Source: a virus
Lineage: Duplodnaviria; Caudoviricetes
Direction: 5' to 3' (one strand)
DNA: 42,603 nt
Virus record (IMG/VR): IMGVR_UViG_3300012940_001454
Span: 1-42,603 of that record
Part shown: positions 35,912 to 42,603 of the stretch, in pieces
Position numbering within the stretch: position 1 is the stretch's first letter
How the letters are laid out: every line of letters starts with the position of its first letter
The notes under the pieces: model-generated
Told to the model about the DNA's origin: nothing
The model's input: only the letters and a program-made list of their open reading frames with translations
Databases searched by the model: none
Made by a program: the position numbers and the translations under genes

Positions 35912-38462
35912 GCGATTGCAGATGGCCGTGAGGAACGCCGTCTGTTCAGCTTGCAAGATGTGCCAAGGCGTTGATGAGAAAGACATCTGCGTCACAGGCA
36001 ATGGTCCAACAGGCGCACGCATTGGTGTAGTGACGACGTTCCCCCTGAACCCAAAGTCCTACATGCTCAAGAATCTCAGGGCATGGCTAAAGGGTGCAGG
36101 CATCGATCCCGACCAAGTCATGTGGCTGTCGGCGATCAAGTGCTCAGCAGATGGCTCGATCACCAAGTCTGTAATGAAGGCGTGCCGTCCATATCTGGAA
36201 GCAGAGCTGGACTTCCTGAAGCTGGACTACGTGCTTTCGATTGGTATGGAAGCTCTCTTTGCCTGTACGGGCAAGTCGGGCATCATGAAGTACCGCGGAC
36301 GCACCGAGGTACGTGGCCACACCATCATTTTCCCAACGATCAGCCCGTCCATGCTCTCGAGGAACCCAGGCCTGACTGCCGGCTTCGAGGCAGACATACG
36401 ATACTTCGGCAACCTCACGCGCGGCGTTGACGCCAACGATGATCCCTGGCATCTACCGTACGACGATCAGTGGACGACGATCGACACGGAGGACGCTCTC
36501 AGAGACGCCGTACGCGCTTTAGGCGTTGCTGACGTCGTTTCGTACGACATCGAAACTGTCGGCGCTTCTGAGCACCTCTCAGGCGCCGCAATCGTGTCTC
36601 TGTCGTACACGTTGCTCACGAACGGCGAGCCGCACGTCTGGACGTTGCCGCTGTTCCATCCCGAGTCAGTGTGGCGGGACCAATGGATCGAAGTCCTTAA
36701 CATCATTGGTCGAGCCATGCGCAAGGTGCCCAAGCGTGTGGCCCATAACGCCAAGTTCGACACGCGATGGATGCGGCACTTCGGCGTCAAGATAATGCCA
36801 ACCTTCGATACGATCATTGCTACCTCCCTGCTCGAGGAGAACAGGCCCAAGGACCTGAAGTCGTTGGCCCTACACCTGCTGGGTGCAGACCCGTGGGCGA
36901 TCGAGACACGGGAGCTGCTGACGACGCCGCTGGACGAGGTGCTCGACTACAACGGGCTGGACACGTGGCACACGCTGCGTCTGTACCTGCTATTCCGTGA
37001 GCAGCTGATGGAACAGCCGAGACTGGCACGTCTGTTTACCAAGCTCATGATGCCGGCTGTGCGAGAACTTACGCGCGTCGAGGCTCGCGGCGTGTACGTA
37101 GACCGTAAGGTGCTCGAGGAGAACTGGGCGATCGTGCGGGACACGCTCGGGCGCATCGAGAAGGAGTTGTCCGAGTACCTCCCCCATGATGACGAAGTGC
37201 CAGACAGGTTCAAGAAGAAGGGCGTGGTACAGGTCAACTTCGGCGCGTCCAACTTCGCGCGCTGGTGGTTGTTCGAGTACCTACAGTGGCCCGTTGTCTC
37301 ATGGGGTAAGCTAAGAGAGGATGGTACCCGATGGCCCTCTATGTCGGAGAGTGTATTCCAACTGTTGGCTGAACGCGGTGATCCTGTCGCTAAACTACTC
37401 CTCGAGCGCGTACAGTGGCAGAAGTTCCACACCTCATTCTTCACACCGTACAGTGCGCAGCTCACCGAGGACAGTCGCCTTCACAGCACTTTCAAGCCGT
37501 GGGGTACTGTCACGGGTAGACTGTCGTCTGGCAAAGAGGATCCGGAGAAGATCACAGGCACGCGGGCACGCAACTCGATGCAGGGTGTGAACCTGCAACA
37601 GGTCCCGCGTAACAAGCTGGTCCGTGGTGTGTTCGGCGCCGCGCCGGGTTGGACATTCGTCGAGGCAGACTACTCGCAGATTGAACTGAGGATCGCTGCC
37701 TTCCTCGCCAATGAGCGACGTATGCTCCATCTGTACGCGACAGGCCAGGATATTCACATGGCGACGGCCATGCAGATGACCGGCAAGCCGGCTTCGCTTG
37801 TCACGCCGGAGGAACGCAAGAAGGCCAAGGCGGTGAACTTCGGCTTCCTCTATGGCATGGGCTGGGAGAAGTTCATTCAGACAGCATTCCTCAACTACGG
37901 GCTGCATATTAGCGAGGAAGAATCCCGCGCATTCCGTGAGGCATTCTTCCAGCAGTTCCCTGACCTGCCGGCATGGCACCGTCGGCAACGTATGCTAGCC
38001 CGTAAGTACAAGAGGGTAGAGACTCCGATGGGTCGCGTACGACACTTGCCTGATGTCGACTCGATGAATGAAGAGGTCCGAGCTGAAGCTGAACGACAAG
38101 CTATCAATAGTCCTGTCCAAGCAATGGCTTCAGACATGGCGTTGCTGTCCCTCGTTCACACCGCCCGACGTTTCCGAGCAGAAGGCATCGAGGCATATCC
38201 GATCTGCGCCGTACACGACGCGGTTAATTACGAAATCTCTGACCGGGACGTACCTCGGGCTATACCCATTATCAAGGAGACGATGGAGAACTTGCCTCTC
38301 GAGGAACTGTTTGGGTGTACGCTTACTGTTCCGATCGTCGTTGATATCAAAGCCGGGAAACACTGGGGTGGGTCAAAGGAAATACCTGGGGAGGTGATTG
38401 CTAGTGGCCGCTCCGCTTTGCGCTTGTGGTTGCGGGACAACACTGAAGCCCTTTCCTCGTAG
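35904..38462 (+). CDS. polA: Family A DNA polymerase with N-terminal UDG family 4-like domain and 3'-5' exonuclease
   Basis: CSACKMC/AIKC/CRPYL (UDG-like); YDIET, HNAKFD, YNGLD (exonuclease); DYSQIELR, KAVNFGFLYG, VHD (polymerase); GAGGAG RBS before ATG 35904. Confidence 0.96.
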   Translation: MNKRLQMAVRNAVCSACKMCQGVDEKDICVTGNGPTGARIGVVTTFPLNPKSYMLKNLRAWLKGAGIDPDQVMWLSAIKCSADGSITKSVMKACRPYLEAELDFLKLDYVLSIGMEALFACTGKSGIMKYRGRTEVRGHTIIFPTISPSMLSRNPGLTAGFEADIRYFGNLTRGVDANDDPWHLPYDDQWTTIDTEDALRDAVRALGVADVVSYDIETVGASEHLSGAAIVSLSYTLLTNGEPHVWTLPLFHPESVWRDQWIEVLNIIGRAMRKVPKRVAHNAKFDTRWMRHFGVKIMPTFDTIIATSLLEENRPKDLKSLALHLLGADPWAIETRELLTTPLDEVLDYNGLDTWHTLRLYLLFREQLMEQPRLARLFTKLMMPAVRELTRVEARGVYVDRKVLEENWAIVRDTLGRIEKELSEYLPHDDEVPDRFKKKGVVQVNFGASNFARWWLFEYLQWPVVSWGKLREDGTRWPSMSESVFQLLAERGDPVAKLLLERVQWQKFHTSFFTPYSAQLTEDSRLHSTFKPWGTVTGRLSSGKEDPEKITGTRARNSMQGVNLQQVPRNKLVRGVFGAAPGWTFVEADYSQIELRIAAFLANERRMLHLYATGQDIHMATAMQMTGKPASLVTPEERKKAKAVNFGFLYGMGWEKFIQTAFLNYGLHISEEESRAFREAFFQQFPDLPAWHRRQRMLARKYKRVETPMGRVRHLPDVDSMNEEVRAEAERQAINSPVQAMASDMALLSLVHTARRFRAEGIEAYPICAVHDAVNYEISDRDVPRAIPIIKETMENLPLEELFGCTLTVPIVVDIKAGKHWGGSKEIPGEVIASGRSALRLWLRDNTEALSS

Positions 38463-38481
38463 TGTTACGGCCCGAGGTTAG

Positions 38482-38613
38482 ATAAAGGGAGAATACCGCG
38501 GGTGGTTATGTCTTACATGCAATAGGGGGCTAGAATTGTTCGAGGACAACCCCGATTTACTACAACAAGTGATCGATTACTTAAGGAGGCATCATGACAA
38601 CCGCAGCACTTGA
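38482..38613 (+). pseudogene. Endonuclease VII C-terminal relic
   Basis: KGEYRGWLCLTCNRGLELFEDNPDLLQQVIDYL; no start codon, TAG immediately upstream. Confidence 0.75.
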
Positions 38614-38860
38614 CGGAGGACCTGGTACTGAGGAGGCCCTCGAACCCGACACTATCCTTGTCGCGCCGGAGATCCCGGTGACGATCCCTTGGTGGCACCG
38701 CCACAAGTGGAGTGTCTGGGGAGAGGTATTCAGCGCGAACAGTGCTGGCCTCATGGGGGTCTTCACCGGCGGTTCCAGCGGCCCATGGTGGCAAGAGAGG
38801 TGCTGTGTCGTGTGCAACATCGCGCAACGCCGCCGCGTCGAACTGCCGGATCAGCGATGA
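38594..38860 (+). CDS. Hypothetical protein (H..W...CxxC)
   Basis: AAGGAGG RBS; HRHKWSVW...QERCCVVC. Confidence 0.7.
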   Translation: MTTAALDGGPGTEEALEPDTILVAPEIPVTIPWWHRHKWSVWGEVFSANSAGLMGVFTGGSSGPWWQERCCVVCNIAQRRRVELPDQR

Positions 38861-38979
38861 GTCGACACCTTCCTGACCGTGAACACAAGAAGCAGGACCG
38901 GGTGATTGCGCTCGAGGTCGAGCACAATCGAGTGGATCAGTAGGAAAGAACCCTGGAATGAGCATGGATACAGCCCGCC

Positions 38980-40128
38980 ATGCTCGAGTCGACTCCCACA
39001 AGTACCAGGCGGTTGTTCGGGATGACGAAGACTAGGACATTCAAAGGCCCAGCACTGTACCTCGACGAAGGGAGAAGAATAACTACCCATTCAATGCTGA
39101 AGCAGATGATGCGGTGTCCCAAGGCCACTCAATACAAGTACGCGGAAAGGCTTAAGCCGCGGTTCATGTCTGCGCGCGACAAGCCTCTCCAGCGAGGCAC
39201 CTGGCTCCACGCATTGCTGCAGGAGTACTACGCCGGGCGATCGTGGAGGGCCATGCACAAAGAGCTGTGTGCCAAATACGATGAGCTCTTTGACGAGGAG
39301 AAGGAGGCCCTCGGCGATCTGCCGACGGAACTCGCTCAGCTCATGCGTTCCTACCTGTGGCACTATGGCGCCGACAAGTCAGACCCCTATCACGGGTGGG
39401 ACGTGATCGATACAGAGGTCACCCTCGAGTGTCCTTGGCCTGACTCAGAGGACGGGCTGGATATCTATCGATGCCGAGTCGACATCCTCTACACCGACGA
39501 GTTCGGCATGTGGATCGGTGACCACAAGACTCACAAGTCCTTACCGGACACAACCTTCCGCCTGCTCGACGCGGCATCACCTTTGTACATCTGGTGCGCT
39601 CGTGAGAACGGGTATCCTGTCCGAGGCTTCATGTGGAACTACCTCTGCACGAAGCCTCCGTCCACACCCCAGCTTGCGTATGCGGGCACCTCGCGTGAAC
39701 GACTGAGCAAGCGCATGGGTGATACCGACTATCCGACGTTTCTTCGTGGTATCAAGGAACTAGGCCTCGATCCTGCCGACTACGCCGAACAGCTCCGGCT
39801 GCTCAAGGCGCATCGATGGGAGCCAGGCAAGCCACAGTCGTCGATGTTCTTCCGCCGTGACACGCTGGAGAAAGACGACGAGATGATCGCTCGTGTGGTC
39901 GCCGTCGCAATGAAGACGCGCGATCGGATGCACGAGTATGACTGGGACGAGCCCGACATGGTCGAGCGATCCCCCGACCGCTCCTGCGCTTGGATGTGCT
40001 CCTACCGTGGGTTGTGTGAAACAGAACTCTTCGATGGAAATGCCACGATGATCCGTAGGCAGCAATTCGTCCAAGGCGATCCGCTGGAGTACTACCGCGA
40101 TCAAAGGGAGGTTGACCTGTCGTCATGA
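38980..40128 (+). CDS. PD-(D/E)XK (RecB/Cas4-like) exonuclease
   Basis: THS...RCP, GTWLH, RVDIL...GDHKT, C.WMCSY..LC; start may be ATG 39022. Confidence 0.88.
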   Translation: MLESTPTSTRRLFGMTKTRTFKGPALYLDEGRRITTHSMLKQMMRCPKATQYKYAERLKPRFMSARDKPLQRGTWLHALLQEYYAGRSWRAMHKELCAKYDELFDEEKEALGDLPTELAQLMRSYLWHYGADKSDPYHGWDVIDTEVTLECPWPDSEDGLDIYRCRVDILYTDEFGMWIGDHKTHKSLPDTTFRLLDAASPLYIWCARENGYPVRGFMWNYLCTKPPSTPQLAYAGTSRERLSKRMGDTDYPTFLRGIKELGLDPADYAEQLRLLKAHRWEPGKPQSSMFFRRDTLEKDDEMIARVVAVAMKTRDRMHEYDWDEPDMVERSPDRSCAWMCSYRGLCETELFDGNATMIRRQQFVQGDPLEYYRDQREVDLSS

Positions 40129-40331
40129 TTGGATATGATCGACGTATGACATACCAACCCGTAACGCTGTCGGACGGCAGCACCGTTCTGGTCAAGGTCA
40201 AGCCAGGACAGAAACTCATCCCCGAGGACGTCGCCGCTCTCGAGGAGTTCCGTCGCCTTCTGGCGGTGGCCAACACCGGAGAACGACTCGCCACGCCCTC
40301 GGACGTGATGGGTCAGCCAGCCTCCGCATGA
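40125..40331 (+). CDS. Hypothetical protein
   Basis: ATGA overlaps on both sides; GGGAGG RBS. Confidence 0.55.
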   Translation: MIGYDRRMTYQPVTLSDGSTVLVKVKPGQKLIPEDVAALEEFRRLLAVANTGERLATPSDVMGQPASA

Positions 40332-40441
40332 AGACGCTAGTTGGGGCAGCGGAGCCTGAGGACTTGCCACCCTCGAGCTCTCAGGTTTCGCTGACCCACA
40401 CCAGCAGCACGACGTCCGCCATCTTCGTTTGGAGGCAAGAG

Positions 40442-40534
40442 ATGGGCTTCGTTTGCGAGAAATGCAAGTCGGGTAACCACGAGGAGTGCCCCGGCAACAC
40501 GCGCTGCGACTGCCAGCATAGGGGCCAGAAATAA
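40442..40534 (+). CDS. 30-aa Cys/His-rich peptide (or C-terminus of 40328..40534)
   Basis: GGAGG RBS; CEKC..GNHEECPG..RCDCQH. Confidence 0.55.
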   Translation: MGFVCEKCKSGNHEECPGNTRCDCQHRGQK

Positions 40535-41349
40535 TGGCTCGCAAGGACTACGCCGCGATCGCCAGGGCTCGCATTCACCGGCCGGCCACACACGATCGTA
40601 TGCCACGCATTCTCATCTTCGCCCGACCCAAGAAAGGCAAGACGAGATTCTGCGCAACGGCACCTGACGTTCTGATCCTTGACCCCGAGGATGGAACCAA
40701 GGAGGAGAAAGCCCTCAATCCTGCGGTGTGGCCGGTGAACGAGTGGGCAGACGTAGTCGACGCCTACCACTTCGTCAAGGGAACTGACGAGTACAAGTGG
40801 GTGGCGTTTGACTCCTTCTTCAAGATCTACACTCAGCTTCTCCATTGGCTGATGCGAACACGGTCTGGGGAAGTTGACCTCGAGAAGATCCCTCAGTCCG
40901 TGCAGATCCAGTCGTACGGTCGCGCCAACGAGATGGTGAAGGGCATGCTGCAGAACTTCCATGCCCTTCACAACATCGGACTCATCATCACTTGCCCGGA
41001 ACGTCTGGTCTCTGTCGAAACCGTAGACGACATTGACGACGACGAGGCCGAGGCCACCACCTATCAGATCGTCCCGGACCTCCCTAAGGGAGCACGGGCT
41101 GCGATAACACAGATCGTTGACGTCTGCGGCCGACTGTACGTCGTCAGTGGAGAATTCGAGCGCAACGTCAGAAGGGGAGGCAAGATCGAGACAATCACAG
41201 AAACACGGCAGCGACGCCTGTGGATTGGTGTGGACGATCGCTACGAAACCGGTTATCGTAGCGTGCATCAACTTCCCGACTTCCTGCCCAATCCAACAGT
41301 GAAGTCCGTAATGCGCGCACTACGTCAAGGAGTAACAGAGAATGGCTAA
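40534..41349 (+). CDS. AAA_24 / Sak4-like ATPase (recombinase)
   Basis: ARPKKGKT, LDPEDG, VAFDS; lies between nuclease and SSB genes. Confidence 0.85.
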   Translation: MARKDYAAIARARIHRPATHDRMPRILIFARPKKGKTRFCATAPDVLILDPEDGTKEEKALNPAVWPVNEWADVVDAYHFVKGTDEYKWVAFDSFFKIYTQLLHWLMRTRSGEVDLEKIPQSVQIQSYGRANEMVKGMLQNFHALHNIGLIITCPERLVSVETVDDIDDDEAEATTYQIVPDLPKGARAAITQIVDVCGRLYVVSGEFERNVRRGGKIETITETRQRRLWIGVDDRYETGYRSVHQLPDFLPNPTVKSVMRALRQGVTENG

Positions 41350-42133
41350 GGCCAAGGCAGACACGACCGCCAAGGTCCGTACCCTCGACTTCACGGGAGT
41401 CAAGGACCGCGGTCAGTTCAACACCCGTCATCGCAAGCCCGGCGAGTACCTCGCCCGCATGGTCGCCGTCGAGGAGGGAATGTCCAAGAACGACAACCTC
41501 CAGCTGATCTTCACCGTCCAGATCGAGGGCGACAAGCGGTCGTCGTACCCGCTCTACTGCGGTCTCGATCAGAAGTCGCTGTGGAAGCTTCGCTCGCTGA
41601 TCACAGCAGTCGGACTACCCACACCCACGGGACGCGCGAAGGTCAATCCGAACTCGCTGCTCAACAAGGTCTTCGGCGTGCTGCTCGAGGACGATGAGTA
41701 CGAGGGCCGCGTGAAGTCCAAGATCCAGGACTGGTGGCCGAAGAGCGAGGGAGGCCCGTACGAGAACGCCGACGCCAGCAGCACCAAGTCCCGTCAGGTC
41801 GAGGACGACGACGAGGACGACGACGAGGACGAGCCGCCGCGCAAGCCGGCGAAGAAGGCCTCCAAGCGTCCCGTGGAGCCTGAAGAGGACGACGACGAGG
41901 ACGAGGAGGACGACGACGAGGACGACGAGCCGGAGCCTCCGAAGAAGGCTTCCAAGAAGACAGCTCCCAAGAAGCGTGTTCCCGAGCCGGAGGACGACGA
42001 GGAGGACGAAGAGGACGACGACGAGGACGACGCTCCTCCGCCGCCCAAGAAGAAGGCCGCCCCGGCCAAGAAGGCCAAGCGTCGTCAGGTCGAAGAAGAC
42101 GATGACGACGAGCTGGACATCGACGATCTGTGA
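41342..42133 (+). CDS. Single-stranded DNA-binding protein-like with long acidic/basic tail
   Basis: LDFTGV...PGEY...SLWKLR...DDEYEGR..SKI; DE-rich C-terminus ending DELDIDDL. Confidence 0.75.
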   Translation: MAKAKADTTAKVRTLDFTGVKDRGQFNTRHRKPGEYLARMVAVEEGMSKNDNLQLIFTVQIEGDKRSSYPLYCGLDQKSLWKLRSLITAVGLPTPTGRAKVNPNSLLNKVFGVLLEDDEYEGRVKSKIQDWWPKSEGGPYENADASSTKSRQVEDDDEDDDEDEPPRKPAKKASKRPVEPEEDDDEDEEDDDEDDEPEPPKKASKKTAPKKRVPEPEDDEEDEEDDDEDDAPPPPKKKAAPAKKAKRRQVEEDDDDELDIDDL

Positions 42134-42230
42134 CGTTAATCCCGTCGGTTGACTGAGTTTCGCCGACGTGCGATTATCAACGTGTCGGGTGTTGCCGGCT
42201 CCTTTGTTGCCCTGACCAGCCAAAGGAAAG

Positions 42231-42285
42231 AAGACCCCCCGGTGATCGTAGGCGTACCTCCTCGCCTCTCACCGGGGGGTTTTCT
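42231..42285 (+). terminator. Intrinsic terminator
   Basis: ACCCCCCGGTGA...TCACCGGGGGGT-TTTCT. Confidence 0.75.
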
Positions 42286-42297
42286 GTTGGAGGACCA

Positions 42298-42603
42298 ATG
42301 ACTAAGCAACCTGAATCCCGACTATCTCGTCAGATCATGAATGCACTGAGAGCTGAAGGTGCATTCGTGTGGAAGAATCACGGCGGACCCACTATGATGG
42401 CCGGCCTACCCGATATCGCTGGGTGCTACAAGGGACGGTTCTTCGCCATTGAAACGAAGATGCCCGGCAATGAGCCCACCCCTATCCAGCGTTTGCGTCA
42501 CAGCGAAATACGCGAAGCAGGAGGCATCGTTAAGGTAGTCAAAAGCGTCGCAGAGGCACTAACAGTGCTCGCGCACATCGACACACAGGAAGGAACATCT
42601 TAA
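42298..42603 (+). CDS. VRR-NUC domain nuclease (putative Holliday junction resolvase)
   Basis: E..L...I; GLPDI; AIETK; PTPIQ; GGAGG RBS. Confidence 0.9.
   Translation: MTKQPESRLSRQIMNALRAEGAFVWKNHGGPTMMAGLPDIAGCYKGRFFAIETKMPGNEPTPIQRLRHSEIREAGGIVKVVKSVAEALTVLAHIDTQEGTS

Noticed and set aside
35904-38462. Intein or intron in polA, terL or helicase
   Set aside because: Lengths and motif spacing are normal; no intein splice motifs or interruptions seen
38857-39034. Two micro-ORFs (28 aa and 25 aa) sharing H.RVD
   Set aside because: Similarity too short to distinguish from chance; probably a decayed or minor gene
38980-40128. Cas4-like nuclease as evidence of a CRISPR system
   Set aside because: No repeat-spacer array or other cas genes; it sits in a standard nuclease-Sak4-SSB recombination module
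41790-42130. GACGAG-rich repeats in the SSB tail (also scaffold 15820-16110)
   Set aside because: Low-complexity Asp/Glu coding sequence, common in these proteins
1-42603. Frequent CTCGAG and GATC palindromes as a sign of restriction immunity
   Set aside because: Explainable by high-GC Leu-Glu and Ile codon usage; needs a Markov-corrected count that I cannot run

Overview
This window is a ~42.6 kb piece of a GC-rich siphovirus genome. Codon usage, the endolysin and the structural genes point to an actinobacterial host; no integrase, repressor, tRNA or CRISPR array is visible. The minus-strand arm (1-29846) carries a primase-helicase, small mosaic genes, ThyX, terminase, portal, head and tail genes, and an endolysin that runs off the left edge. 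The plus-strand arm (29980-42603) carries replication and nucleotide-metabolism genes: SNF2 helicase, PolA, a PD-(D/E)XK nuclease, an AAA_24 ATPase, SSB and VRR-NUC. The most notable feature is a coupled cassette at 32310-38462. It encodes a dNMP kinase, an all-alpha dNTP pyrophosphatase, two ThyA-fold paralogues (one highly diverged, both with Asp at the cytosine-specifying position), a dCMP deaminase and a PolA fused to an apparently inactive UDG domain. ThyX is encoded separately, so this looks like a candidate cytosine-modification pathway of unknown chemistry. Other observations: three eroded endonuclease VII relics, a candidate +1 frameshift in the tail chaperone, a possible ATT start, a shared P-x-I-x-GG leader motif in scaffold and capsid, and a GH16 relic next to a GC-rich insert. 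All calls come from reading motifs by eye; no database searches were run.
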